NCBI GenBank assembly: GCA_963845185.1 | Contig: CAWJRG010000010.1 | Span: 416,001 to 480,000 of the forward strand | DNA: 64,000 nucleotides | Origin: an uncultured bacterium | GTDB lineage: Bacteria > Oederibacteriota > PGYV01 > CAWJRG01 | Direction: 5' to 3' | Shown here: in pieces, positions 47,357 through 57,647 of the stretch | Layout: every line of letters begins with the position of its first letter | Numbering within the stretch: position 1 is the stretch's first letter | Translations under genes and position numbers: made by a program | The notes under the pieces: model-generated | Databases searched by the model: none | Seen by the model: the letters and a program-made list of their open reading frames with translations, nothing else | What the model was told of the DNA's origin: nothing

Positions 47357-48970
47357 GAGTCTGTCTCAAAACTCTTTTAAACGCCTTGCATTGCCTACAC
47401 TTATCGCGTTTTTTAGCCCCTATCTTTATTATTTCTCTTCTTTTCGATTTGTGGTTCTTTTCTTGTCAGGTTGCGAACCTTAATTTAACCTTACCTTCCC
47501 TCCACAAGGCATACATTGTCTTTATGTTATGGGCGGCGCATATAAAAGACCATTGTGTTTTTACGCTTTCGATTCCTCTAACACTAAATCTTGTAAAACC
47601 AAGTACGTTTTTTATACGTCCCAATAATGGCTCAACTATTGTTTTTCTCTTTCGAAGCTGTTCTTTCCAGTTATTGACCCTAGCTTCTTCTCTGTATATT
47701 GACACTATCTCCTCATACTCATGCTTATTTGCTTCTATTATCCTTCCGGATTTTACCTTGCTGCATTCGTATTTATAAATACAATCCCTATGATCCCCGC
47801 ATCGGTATATCATTGTCTCTTTTCCGTTTTTCTTCTTCCTTATACTGGTATATTCAAGCCTGCCATTTTTAGGACATACATATTCGTTTTTTTCTTTGTC
47901 GTATTTAAAATGCGCTTTGCCATACGGCCTATCGCTGTCATCCTCCGGCAAGTTAACAATTATATTCCTTTTTTCTTCTTTGGCTTTTGCCAGTTCTTCC
48001 GGTGAATAATACCCTCCATCCGCAAGCGTTACTCCTGATTTTTGTCCGGTATTCGACTCTGCTTTTTCTATCATATCATTCAGCATGTGAGCATCCGATT
48101 CCTTGTTTGTCACATTCTCTGCCACAATTATCTGTTTCTTTGCGTCCACAACAACCTGTGAGTTATATGCCTGTTGCAGTCCTTTACCTCTTGTCATCAT
48201 GAACCGGCTGTCTCTATCTGTGGGGTTTTCAGTTGTTTTTCCTTCACTTTTCATACGTTCTATATGTTCTCTTATTACCTGACGCAGTTTCTCCTTTTCC
48301 TGCAATTCTTTTGGCATTCCGCACTTACTTTTGCCCTCTTCATCGTCTTGTTCGTCATTTTTCTCAATTTCCACCATTATTTTGTCTATTTCTCTGTCTA
48401 ATTCTTGTATTTTTTTATTCATGTCTTTTATTGTTTTGGTCTTTTCCTTATTTACATCTGCCTGTATTTTTGTGCCGTCCACGGCTTGAATTTCAAAACC
48501 AACCAAATTGTTGTTTGTTGCCACACGCACCGTCTCCTTCAGTAAAACCCTTATCTGCTCTTTATTTCCTTTAAAAAATCTCCATAGCGTATTATGGTCG
48601 GGATGATTATTCCCGGTTATCCATATCATCCCCATTGAATCGTAAGTCATTTTTTCAACTTTTCTGCTGCTCTTTTTTCCTTCCAGTATGCCGTACATCC
48701 ATGCCCCAAGTAAAAGATCTACAAAATATCCCGGTCTTCCGGTTTCTTCTTCCATTTTAAAACCCATCTCTTCAAGCGGTAATTCTTCTACGAATTCTAC
48801 GACAAATCGAGCTAAATGATCTTTTGAAACCCAATCTTCTATTGCCGGTGGCAGTAGATACATTTGATTTCTATCGGCTCTTATCGTTGGCATTTGGTTT
48901 CTCCTTCGCTAAATTTTGAAACCATTATACCATTTATGTCAAAGAATTAAGAGGCTTTTGAGACAGACTC
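47357..48970 (-). mobile_element. IS1182-family insertion sequence inserted in a REP palindrome
   Basis: Perfect 15-bp TIRs GAGTCTGTCTCAAAA / TTTTGAGACAGACTC; CATG duplicated at 47353-47356 and 48971-48974. Confidence 0.92.
47466..48893 (-). CDS. IS1182 family transposase
   Basis: DUF772-like N-terminus (GRPGY, SSRKVE, PDHNTL), VDGTKI, TDRDSR, ADGGY, R+.IVEP. Confidence 0.95.
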   Translation of the reverse strand: MPTIRADRNQMYLLPPAIEDWVSKDHLARFVVEFVEELPLEEMGFKMEEETGRPGYFVDLLLGAWMYGILEGKKSSRKVEKMTYDSMGMIWITGNNHPDHNTLWRFFKGNKEQIRVLLKETVRVATNNNLVGFEIQAVDGTKIQADVNKEKTKTIKDMNKKIQELDREIDKIMVEIEKNDEQDDEEGKSKCGMPKELQEKEKLRQVIREHIERMKSEGKTTENPTDRDSRFMMTRGKGLQQAYNSQVVVDAKKQIIVAENVTNKESDAHMLNDMIEKAESNTGQKSGVTLADGGYYSPEELAKAKEEKRNIIVNLPEDDSDRPYGKAHFKYDKEKNEYVCPKNGRLEYTSIRKKKNGKETMIYRCGDHRDCIYKYECSKVKSGRIIEANKHEYEEIVSIYREEARVNNWKEQLRKRKTIVEPLLGRIKNVLGFTRFSVRGIESVKTQWSFICAAHNIKTMYALWREGKVKLRFAT

Positions 48971-48993
48971 CATGGCGTGTCTCTACAATTAAA

Positions 48994-51744
48994 TTATAAT
49001 TTTATTTTTACTTCTTCTCCCCCATATTTCACCACAGCATCAGGTTTTTTTGTATCTTCCAAGCCTGAGCCATGGCCTGCCCTCACAAATACTATTTTAA
49101 ATTTCCGCGCCAAAAGCATACCCGGAAACTTGCCTTGACGTTTGCCTATTATCAAAGTTTTCTTTTTCTCATCCCACTTTATCGGGATTATGGAATAGCT
49201 TCCTTTTTCATAGTTGTAATTGTCTCCCTCGTCTTCGAACAAATCAAATTCCGCGTCTTTGCCGGTATACACCCTGAGCTCTATCGGGTCAGCAGGCTTT
49301 TCAGACGTGTACTGCATGTCCGGGCCCATTGGTATTATCGAACCACCTGGCACAAATAGCGGCATTGTGCCAAGGGATGGCTTTAGTTTTATTTGCTGGC
49401 CGCCCGCAAGCACCCTGCCTGTCCAGAAGTCAAACCATTTCTTGCCTAGCGGCAGATAAACCATTACATATTTTTTTGCCTCATCAGCTTTCATTTCTGG
49501 CGTGTGCCAGTTCAGCCTCATTATTGCCTGCTTCATCTTAAATTGCTGATGTTCGAGTTTTATGTTGTATTTTGTATTTGCCTTGAGTTTTAATTTCGTG
49601 TTAAATTTTTTTTCCTCCCTGTTTTTCCATTCGTTTATCACAAGCTTGTCATCTATCCACACTCTCACGCTGCCGTCAGTGATAGCCGTGAAATCATACT
49701 CGCCTGCAGCGCCTGTCAGTATCTTTCCTGTCCATCTCTGCGAATATTCAGCGTCTATATCGAGCGGTATGTTGCCTGCCCATCCCATGCTTGACGTGTC
49801 GAGTTTCCGCTTCGCGCGCAAGTCGGTGAAATCCATGTTGTTGAATATTTCATAAACAAGCCCGTTTTCCTTGCCGTCAGGCGTAAAAAGGTTGTTGAGG
49901 TAGATATAGTCGCCTTTATTTTTAGTATCAGCATACAGTTCTTTTGTTATTGGGCATGCCATGATTGACTTGCCGAACATGTACTGTGTGGCAATGTTTA
50001 ACGAACGCCTGTCTTCAGTAAAGTCCGATGCCAGCGGCCTTATGAACGAATAGCCGTCGCTTGTCACTTTCCACGCAGTCGAGTAAATATACGGCATAAG
50101 CCTGTAGCGCAGTTTTATGAACTTTGCCTGTGTGTCATATTCTGTTGAGCCCGGATTTCCGAATCTCCATATTTCCCTTGGTAATGCCGTGCCGTGCGTG
50201 CGGAACACCGGCAGAAAAGCCACGAACTGGAACCACCTGAGGTAAAGCTCCTTATACGCAGGGTCATTGAGCGGGTCTTTGTATTTGAAAAACGGGTAAA
50301 AAGCTCCCACGTCGCTTGTCCAGTACGGCACGCCTGCAGCTGAAAAATTGATTCCTGCCGCGACCTGGTTCCTTAAAGTTTCCCATCCTGCAAACGTGTC
50401 GCCAGACCATGAGGCTGAAGCGTTTCTCTGCTGGCCCGCAAAAGCCGAGCGCGTAAGTATAAATATGCGCTTTTTATTGGACACCCTGCGCTGGTTTTCA
50501 TAAACGCCTTTTGTTGTCATGAGTGAAAACGCGTTCAGGTACTTTGCCATTGTACCGAGCGCGTTTTTTCCGCAGGCCTTGGTTGTTTCTTCCCAGACAA
50601 ACCTGTCCTCTGCAGACACGAACTCAGCCTCTGAACCGTCCATCCAGTACGCATCAACGTTATTGTCATATAAACACTTTTTTAAATATTTCCAGTAAAT
50701 CTTCCTGGCTTCTTCACTGTAAGCGTCATAAACCCTGGACCCTGTCCAGTGCGGCGGCTTGAACAAGAATCCCTTTGCTTTCATTTCCTTGTGAATTGCC
50801 GACTCCGGCCCGAATGCCGGCCAGACAGAAGCCATGAGATGCCCGCCCAGGCCGTGTATTTCCTGCATCATTTTTTTCGGCTCAGGGAAACGGTTTTTCT
50901 CCCAAATCATTCCGGAAAAAACTTCGTTCTCTCCCCAGTATCTCCAGTCCTGCACTATGCTGTCGATTGGAACTTTCCTCTCACGGTATTCTTTAAGTAT
51001 GTTTAAAAGCTCGTCCTGGTCAAGGTATCGTTCCTTTGACTGCCAGTAGCCAAATACCCATTTAGGGAACATGGGAGCATGGCCTGTTAAATCCCTGTAT
51101 TTGCTTATTGCCCCGTCAATATTTTTCCCGTAAATAAAATAGTAGTCCACGCAGTCAGCTGCTTCGGACAAAAAAGAAAAATCCTTTTCGCCTGCGTGGA
51201 ATTTTGTCTCTGAATAATTATCCCAGAGTATTCCCCATCCGCGGCTGGAAATCAGGAACGGATTTACAATCACTCTGTTTGCCTGCACCATTAAAACATC
51301 GCAGTTTTTGTAATTCATGAAACCTTCCTCATACTGGCCTAGGCCGTATAATCCTTCCTGTTTTGAAATTTCAAACCCCTGGCCGGCGTGAAAGCATTTT
51401 TCCTTTTGTACTATTGCAGGTTTTAAAATCCTTGTGTTTGTTTTTTCTTCAAGCAGCAGTTTGCCTGCCTTGTCGTAAAAGCAGGTTAAGCCGGTTCGCT
51501 TGTTGATTTTGACTTTTAGTTTTTCCGTTGTTACAACCATTTCTTTCGCGCTTTCCTGCAAATGGCAGGCTGTCTTTCCCGGCTTCATTGTCACAATAAG
51601 GCTTTTGTTTTGCTTTTTCGCGCCGACCGGGCAATGATTTACTCTTATAATCTCCGGCGAAAAAATCTCGACAACAAGCTTTTCTTTTCCTGTATTTAAT
51701 TCAACCTTATTTCTGTTTGCTTTACTCTTCATCTTTTCCTCCAC
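48994..51744 (-). CDS. GH31 glycoside hydrolase (probable alpha-xylosidase) with PA14 insert
   Basis: GYWQSKERY, IVQDW, WMDGSE nucleophile, LTRSAFAGQQR, WSGD, FRTHG; PA14-like region; no clear signal peptide. Confidence 0.9.
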   Translation of the reverse strand: MEEKMKSKANRNKVELNTGKEKLVVEIFSPEIIRVNHCPVGAKKQNKSLIVTMKPGKTACHLQESAKEMVVTTEKLKVKINKRTGLTCFYDKAGKLLLEEKTNTRILKPAIVQKEKCFHAGQGFEISKQEGLYGLGQYEEGFMNYKNCDVLMVQANRVIVNPFLISSRGWGILWDNYSETKFHAGEKDFSFLSEAADCVDYYFIYGKNIDGAISKYRDLTGHAPMFPKWVFGYWQSKERYLDQDELLNILKEYRERKVPIDSIVQDWRYWGENEVFSGMIWEKNRFPEPKKMMQEIHGLGGHLMASVWPAFGPESAIHKEMKAKGFLFKPPHWTGSRVYDAYSEEARKIYWKYLKKCLYDNNVDAYWMDGSEAEFVSAEDRFVWEETTKACGKNALGTMAKYLNAFSLMTTKGVYENQRRVSNKKRIFILTRSAFAGQQRNASASWSGDTFAGWETLRNQVAAGINFSAAGVPYWTSDVGAFYPFFKYKDPLNDPAYKELYLRWFQFVAFLPVFRTHGTALPREIWRFGNPGSTEYDTQAKFIKLRYRLMPYIYSTAWKVTSDGYSFIRPLASDFTEDRRSLNIATQYMFGKSIMACPITKELYADTKNKGDYIYLNNLFTPDGKENGLVYEIFNNMDFTDLRAKRKLDTSSMGWAGNIPLDIDAEYSQRWTGKILTGAAGEYDFTAITDGSVRVWIDDKLVINEWKNREEKKFNTKLKLKANTKYNIKLEHQQFKMKQAIMRLNWHTPEMKADEAKKYVMVYLPLGKKWFDFWTGRVLAGGQQIKLKPSLGTMPLFVPGGSIIPMGPDMQYTSEKPADPIELRVYTGKDAEFDLFEDEGDNYNYEKGSYSIIPIKWDEKKKTLIIGKRQGKFPGMLLARKFKIVFVRAGHGSGLEDTKKPDAVVKYGGEEVKIKL

Positions 51745-51784
51745 AATAAATTATATTATATTTTAAGTGCATCCTGTTTTAAAA

Positions 51785-53062
51785 TCATATGCTACTGACT
51801 TGCACAGGGGCCCGAACCCGTTTTTTAACCATATTGCCTGCTTGCTTCCACAAAGACCTTATAAAATAAACCCATATTGCCAGCAGGATAAAAAACTTGA
51901 ATGAAAGCAATAGTGACAAAAACCAGTTTTTGGCACTGGAAAAAGGGAAAGGCATCGCTATGCACACGGCTGCCGCAAGCGACAGGCTAAAAAAATAATT
52001 TTCGCCCGATTCAATCGCCCTGTACATAAGTACCAATAAGGCCGGAATTATGTACACAAGGTGCATTTCCCCGGAATATGATGATGTCATGTGCAAAAGC
52101 AGGAGAAAAGCGCACACCCCGTCCATGCTTGCCGCCCTAGTGTTTTTCGCGTTTATAAAAAGCGCAAAGCAGGAAACCGCGACAAGCGCAAAATTTATCA
52201 GGTACGGTGTTGCTGCAGCCAGAATTTTGCTTGCAAAAACCGGTTTCGAGTATTCGCTTTCCATAAACAGGCGCGACATAAAACTGTTTACGTTCACGTT
52301 CCACGGCACTGTCGGCGACAAAAAGTCCAGAATGGTTTTTGAGTACCCGAGTGTAGGAGCCACCTGTTTCGCCCAAGCCGGCCACGCTGCGCTTGGCAGG
52401 ACTATTATGGACAAGAGGTAGGCGGCAAATACGTAAAATATTGACCACAAAAGAACCCTGAATTTCCTGGCGAATATAAAATAAAACAAAAAAATCAGCG
52501 GAAAAAGCTTGAGCAGCAGGGCTGCCGCAAACGGCGCAGCTGTCAGCGCCGGGTGTTTGTTTTCGATTAAAAACGACCAGCCCAGGCATATTAAGACCAC
52601 AAGTATCAGGTTAACCTGGCCCAATTCTATATTTGCCTTGCATGAATAAAATAAAAAAACATAAACTGCGGAAAAAACCAGAAAAGCCCATTCTTTGCCG
52701 GCTTTCATCACTTTGAAAAGGAATATGTAAAGGAAGAGAAGTATCATTGCCTGGTTTATGAAAAACATGACCAGCTTCGCTATATTGTACGGCAGCAGGC
52801 TTAGCGGGTAAAAAAACATCAGGCCCGCAGGCGGGTACGGGTACGGGTACACAAAGGTTTTTTCCCCGCTCCCGGCTTTCTGCAGAGCCTCGTAATCATA
52901 AGGCGATATTCCCTTTTCAAACGCCAGTTTTGCCGGGAAATAAAAAGTCGGGAAGTCAATCGCTGTTTTCGGGATGGCCATAAGCCCGTCGAAGACAAAA
53001 AAAGCAGCGTACGCAGCTATGATTATGGCAAGATAAATTCTTTTATCTGCGCTTTTTTCCAT
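51785..53062 (-). CDS. GT87 / DUF2029 membrane glycosyltransferase
   Basis: DFPTFY, YPYPP, GQVN, LKLFP motifs; multiple TM helices. Confidence 0.85.
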   Translation of the reverse strand: MEKSADKRIYLAIIIAAYAAFFVFDGLMAIPKTAIDFPTFYFPAKLAFEKGISPYDYEALQKAGSGEKTFVYPYPYPPAGLMFFYPLSLLPYNIAKLVMFFINQAMILLFLYIFLFKVMKAGKEWAFLVFSAVYVFLFYSCKANIELGQVNLILVVLICLGWSFLIENKHPALTAAPFAAALLLKLFPLIFLFYFIFARKFRVLLWSIFYVFAAYLLSIIVLPSAAWPAWAKQVAPTLGYSKTILDFLSPTVPWNVNVNSFMSRLFMESEYSKPVFASKILAAATPYLINFALVAVSCFALFINAKNTRAASMDGVCAFLLLLHMTSSYSGEMHLVYIIPALLVLMYRAIESGENYFFSLSLAAAVCIAMPFPFSSAKNWFLSLLLSFKFFILLAIWVYFIRSLWKQAGNMVKKRVRAPVQVSSI

Positions 53063-53064
53063 TT

Positions 53065-55224
53065 TTATATTTCCCTCACGCCCTGCCCAGGCTCGCACAC
53101 GTAAAAATCCGCCGTCAATCCCGTTTTTTTCTTATACCCTGCCGCGACATTTGCCTTGAAATCAAATATCGAGTCCCTGTGCACAATGTTTATCGTGCAG
53201 CCGCCGAAGCCCGCGCCTGTCATGCGCCCGCCAAGGTATCCGGGCTGCTTTTTTGCCTCTTCAAAAAGCGCGTCAAGCTCAGGGCCCGTCACTTCGTAAT
53301 CGTCCCTTAAAGATATGTGCGACTCTTCCAGCAGTTTGCCGAGCGCCTTAAGGTCATTGCTCTTCATGGCCTTTACAGCCTTTTTCACGCGTTCGTTTTC
53401 CGACACGACGTGCCTGGCCCTTTTTTGCAGCACAGGGCTTGTGATTTGATTCTTGCATTTTTCGAATGTTTCCATGTCCATGTCGCACAGTTCTTTTATG
53501 TCAATTGCTTTTTTAATATCCAGCAAAGCCTGCCTGCATTCCATACGCCGTTCGTTGTATTTTGAGCCTGCAAGCTCCCTTTTTTTGTTTGTGTTTGCCA
53601 GCACAATGCGGTATTCCCCGAATTCAAGCGGTATGTAATCGTGCTCGAGCGTGTTGCAGTTTAAAATCATTGCGCTGCCTTTTTTCGACACGGCTGAAGC
53701 GAACTGGTCCATGATGCCGCATTTCACTCCCACGAACTCGTTCTCCGCCCTCTGGCATAATAATGCCATGTCCTCCTTGTCAATAGCCAGCCCGAATATC
53801 TCAGATAACCCGTACGCGAATACCGTTTCAAAGGCGGCCGACGAGGAAATTCCTGCCCCTGCAGGTATTTCGCTGAAAAACAAAACCTCGGCCCCGCTTT
53901 TTATATTGTAGCAGGCATCCATTAACGCGTTCAATACGCCTGCCGGGTAATTTGCCCATAATATTTCATTGTTAAATGCCGATTTTTCCCGCACATCGAG
54001 TTCTATGGTTTCCGGCGCGTTTATATCCTTTAAAATTATCTTTGAATCTTTTCTTTTCCTTATCGCCATATAAGAGTTCAGGTCTACTGCTGCCGGCAGC
54101 ACAAGCCCGCCGTTGTAATCAATGTGCTCGCCTATTATGTTTATCCTTGCAGGCGCAGAGAATACCCTTATGGCGCTGCCTTTTTCCGGGCTGGCGCCGT
54201 ACACTTTTATAAATTCGTTTATAAATTCTATTTTAAACCTTTCCTTGTCCCACGACGCAAAATATTTATATTTAGCTGCAATGAGCTGCTTTGCCGTGTC
54301 TTCCACGGCAGCCACGTTCGCGGCAGCCCATGCGCCTGACTCTGAAGACGCGTAATATTTTATCTTGTCCTTTGCCCGCAGAGGCGGGTAAAACTCTATG
54401 TGGAAATGGTAATATTTTTTGCTGTCCTTGTGCTCAGGCGAGTTCACCGGGCACTGGTGCGCGCACATCATGAAGGGAAACGGCCGGTTGAACACAAAAT
54501 CAAAAGCGCCTTCTATGATTTTCAGCGCCTCTGCCAGGTCTTTTCTTTCTTCCCTGTTTAAATCCGTTATATAGGGCCTGTGCATTTTGCTTGAAACAAA
54601 CACGCCAAACGGGTAATCCGTAAAATAAGGCAGGTACACAATGAAGCTTTTGTTTTCATATATAATCCTGCTTCCGGATTTTTCCTCTTCCTTGTTAATG
54701 CCGCATATCAGGCATTTGCCGGTCTTTTTGTAATGTGCCTTTGCGTTTTCAAGCTCGGTTTTTATTTTTAGCGGAATGAACGGGTATGCGTAAATCTGGC
54801 CGTGCGGGTGTATCATGGTGACGCCGACTTCCTCGCCTTTGTTCTCAAACGGGAATACGTATTTTATTTTTTTGTCTTTTGAAAGTTTTTCGCAGCGCTC
54901 TGCCCACAAATCCACGATCTTTGTTATATGCTCGGTTGGCAGCTGCGACATGGTTGTCTTGTGCTCGGGCGAATAAAGTATGACCTCGCATTTGCCGTAT
55001 GAAGGCGCGTTTTTGTAAACGGATGATTTTATTTTCCCGGGCTTTCCCGGGTTTTTCATAAGCGCGGGAAAGTCATTGTCGTATTTGAGCACATCGTATT
55101 TTTTTAATTTCCCCTGCCCCGGGCAAAACGCGCAGAAGTTTTCCTTCATATCAGGCCTGCCCTGCCTTTTTGCAGCGACCATTGTCCATGTGCCGAGCAA
55201 AGGGTTCCATCTCAATTCAGTCAT
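53065..55224 (-). CDS. galT-galK: Fused galactose-1-phosphate uridylyltransferase / galactokinase
   Basis: GalT: ELRWNPL, CAFCPG, HPHGQ. GalK: APARINIIGEHIDYN, PAGAGISSSAA, CGIMDQ, RMTGAGFGG. One 719-aa frame. Confidence 0.92.
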   Translation of the reverse strand: MTELRWNPLLGTWTMVAAKRQGRPDMKENFCAFCPGQGKLKKYDVLKYDNDFPALMKNPGKPGKIKSSVYKNAPSYGKCEVILYSPEHKTTMSQLPTEHITKIVDLWAERCEKLSKDKKIKYVFPFENKGEEVGVTMIHPHGQIYAYPFIPLKIKTELENAKAHYKKTGKCLICGINKEEEKSGSRIIYENKSFIVYLPYFTDYPFGVFVSSKMHRPYITDLNREERKDLAEALKIIEGAFDFVFNRPFPFMMCAHQCPVNSPEHKDSKKYYHFHIEFYPPLRAKDKIKYYASSESGAWAAANVAAVEDTAKQLIAAKYKYFASWDKERFKIEFINEFIKVYGASPEKGSAIRVFSAPARINIIGEHIDYNGGLVLPAAVDLNSYMAIRKRKDSKIILKDINAPETIELDVREKSAFNNEILWANYPAGVLNALMDACYNIKSGAEVLFFSEIPAGAGISSSAAFETVFAYGLSEIFGLAIDKEDMALLCQRAENEFVGVKCGIMDQFASAVSKKGSAMILNCNTLEHDYIPLEFGEYRIVLANTNKKRELAGSKYNERRMECRQALLDIKKAIDIKELCDMDMETFEKCKNQITSPVLQKRARHVVSENERVKKAVKAMKSNDLKALGKLLEESHISLRDDYEVTGPELDALFEEAKKQPGYLGGRMTGAGFGGCTINIVHRDSIFDFKANVAAGYKKKTGLTADFYVCEPGQGVREI

Positions 55225-55322
55225 TTGTTTTCTCCCGAATAATATGCAATTTATGAATTACCCTTTGATAATTTAATACTTGTTTTATAATAAGTCAATA
55301 GCATCCTTGCCAAATGAATGCC

Positions 55323-55352
55323 TTGACAGGCAATTAAACCGCGTAGTATAAT
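55323..55352 (+). promoter_or_regulatory. Sigma70 promoter
   Basis: TTGACA-18-TATAAT upstream of 55395. Confidence 0.65.
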
Positions 55353-55394
55353 TTTTACAATGATTTAAAGGCAAAACATTTAGGAGGCCAGGGT

Positions 55395-56138
55395 ATGAAA
55401 AAAATTTTAATCCTCTCCGCGTTTATTTTCCTGTCTTTTTCTTTAATCTTTGGCTCTTACCAGTCAGACGTCTCAAACGCCTACAAACAATACAAAGCCG
55501 GGCATTACAAAGAAGCGCTCAGGCTTTATGAAAAAGCATATAAACAGCACCGCACCAGACAGGTTTACGACTACATAGTGTACCTTCAAAATAAGCTGTA
55601 TAAGCGTAAGAATACCCGGGCTGAGAATTACTACAGCAGCGACGGCATTAAATGGGCCCCGCAGGAAAGGATTATAACCGTGAACCCGATCGGGCTTCTC
55701 GGCGGCGACCTGGGCGCCCATTATGAAATGACCATGGGCCGCTCAAACGGCCTCGGGTTTAACGCAGGCCTTGACTTTCACGGCGGCGACTGGCTCTGGC
55801 TCGGTATAAACGCAGGAACAGAATATAACTGGTATTTCCAGAACCACGCCTTAAACGGCTGGTTTGCAGGCCCCGGCGCCGGTATCAGCCTGCTCTTAAT
55901 CCGTCATAAATATACTCCGGCCGGGCAGACAGCATCCGTAACCGGTTCTTCTATCGGGCTCGGCATGCAGCTTGGGGGCCACGGCGGTTACAGGTGGATA
56001 TTTGACAACGGGTTTGTTGTTGACGTAATTGCAGGCCTTGGCTTCACAATACCGATAAGCAGCGCAATCAACGGCGCATACGCGCCTTTCGGCGGAATAG
56101 GGCCGTTTTTGGGATGCGACCTCGGCTACGCGTTTTAA
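55395..56138 (+). CDS. TPR plus small outer-membrane beta-barrel (DUF3575-like) protein
   Basis: Signal peptide, TPR-like helix pair, amphipathic beta strands, C-terminal LGYAF; AGGAGG RBS. Confidence 0.75.
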   Translation: MKKILILSAFIFLSFSLIFGSYQSDVSNAYKQYKAGHYKEALRLYEKAYKQHRTRQVYDYIVYLQNKLYKRKNTRAENYYSSDGIKWAPQERIITVNPIGLLGGDLGAHYEMTMGRSNGLGFNAGLDFHGGDWLWLGINAGTEYNWYFQNHALNGWFAGPGAGISLLLIRHKYTPAGQTASVTGSSIGLGMQLGGHGGYRWIFDNGFVVDVIAGLGFTIPISSAINGAYAPFGGIGPFLGCDLGYAF

Positions 56139-56155
56139 ACATTATATAAATTTGC

Positions 56156-56192
56156 AAATAATAAAGGCGCCCTTTCGGCGCCTTTATTATTT
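56156..56192. terminator. Bidirectional intrinsic terminator
   Basis: 16-bp arms aaataataaaggcgcc / ggcgcctttattattt. Confidence 0.85.
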
Positions 56193-56234
56193 ATGCACTA
56201 TCAAAAATATTCTTGCTTAAAAATTATCCCTTAT

Positions 56235-56867
56235 TTATTTCACTCCTGAGATATTGTCTATATATATGGGCCCGCCAAATGGCTTGCCTGAGTTTAAAAC
56301 AAGGTACATGTGCCACATGTCGCCGCTCAGTTGTGAGCTGTCCAGTTTATATTCCAGCTTGTTCCAGCCCGCTTTTAAAAATCCCTGCACCTGATACCAG
56401 GCGTTTGCAGAGCCTGAAAAAACAAGAAAAATCTGCGCATAATCCATGTCAGCTATCGTGCTTTTCGGCACATAAACATCCATGGTAATACTGGTAAATT
56501 TCGTAAGGTCCGGGGAAAACGGCCCGTCGTTTATTGCCACATTCTGGTTCCAGCCCGCTGAATTTTTCGTGTCGATTTTCATTGAATACTTTCCTTCGGT
56601 CACGTATTTCGGGTCATCATTTACCTGGCATGCGTCAGCCCATTTGCCCTTGCCCTGCCATCCGTCAGTGGAATTTGATTCAAAACCCCAGAGCACTGTG
56701 CCCTTGCCTGTGGTTGCTGCTGCCTGAGCTGTTGTTGTCGCGCCTGCAGCTGCCGCTGTTGTTGCCGTGGTTCCGCTTGATGCCGTCCCTTCCGGCGTAG
56801 CGCATCCTGAGAACACCATGGGTAAAACAAGTACTGCTAAAGCCAAAAACAATAAAACTTTTCTCAT
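56235..56867 (-). CDS. Lipoprotein with CBM-like beta-sandwich
   Basis: Lipobox FSGC, Ala/Thr linker, LWGFE...TEGKYSMK...IYIDNI pattern. Confidence 0.75.
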   Translation of the reverse strand: MRKVLLFLALAVLVLPMVFSGCATPEGTASSGTTATTAAAAGATTTAQAAATTGKGTVLWGFESNSTDGWQGKGKWADACQVNDDPKYVTEGKYSMKIDTKNSAGWNQNVAINDGPFSPDLTKFTSITMDVYVPKSTIADMDYAQIFLVFSGSANAWYQVQGFLKAGWNKLEYKLDSSQLSGDMWHMYLVLNSGKPFGGPIYIDNISGVK

Positions 56868-57070
56868 AACCCTGCCTCCTTTTCAATATTTTTCATTTTT
56901 AGACTGCTGATATTTGCCTCTAATGAGTGCATTTAATATAACACATTTTTTTCTATTTTTTAACAATAAATATTTTTATTGTGCCGTAAAACCCCTTATT
57001 TCTTTATAATAAAATGCAACGCTTAATTTTATTTACCAAAAATACATTGCAACCCTGTATTTCACTCTTA

Positions 57071-57193
57071 TCATTTTTCCTTTCCACAGTATTTACATTC
57101 CCATAATTTAGTGCTGTCCTGTATTTTTCCCCAATCTTTAAGCCTCCACTGATGAAACCCCATAAGGCAAAGTAAACGGTGTAAGAAGTTCAT
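57071..57193 (-). CDS. 40-aa putative zinc-binding micro-protein (DUF1660-like pattern)
   Basis: MNFLHRLLCLMGFHQW...WECKYCGKEK; ATGA overlap with the upstream stop; GAGG RBS. Confidence 0.6.
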   Translation of the reverse strand: MNFLHRLLCLMGFHQWRLKDWGKIQDSTKLWECKYCGKEK

Positions 57194-57624
57194 CTGGGCA
57201 CCTCATTTTCAGAAAGATATTTAACCAGCATTATATTATCGCTTAAAGGCAACCCGTTTTCTTCGTCAAAAATTTGTATGCTTAAAAGGCATTCATCTAT
57301 ATAATAATCCAGCCGGATTGTCGAGTCAAAATCTGTTTCTTCCTCGTAATTCGAAAGCTTGGGTTTCTGGGATGCTGTTTTTCCCCACATACCGCCGCCT
57401 CTATCTTCATTATTTTCAACTTTCGTCCTAATTGTATAAATTTCCGCTCCTTCCGGTGCTCGGCCTGCAAATTCGCTGTCCTCGTCAACAAATCCAGTGA
57501 CAACCGGGCTGTCCTCGTATATTTTTTTGTATGCTTCGGACAGGTATGAAATAGCTTCGTCTTCCGTAGTTATAAAAAATGCAAATTTAGAATCCAAGAC
57601 TGCCGGGTTTGTTAGTTGTTTCAT
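57190..57624 (-). CDS. Hypothetical acidic protein
   Basis: 144-aa ORF in operon arrangement with GAGGT RBS. Confidence 0.6.
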   Translation of the reverse strand: MKQLTNPAVLDSKFAFFITTEDEAISYLSEAYKKIYEDSPVVTGFVDEDSEFAGRAPEGAEIYTIRTKVENNEDRGGGMWGKTASQKPKLSNYEEETDFDSTIRLDYYIDECLLSIQIFDEENGLPLSDNIMLVKYLSENEVPR

Positions 57625-57647
57625 TTTCCCACCTCAAAAATTTAAAT

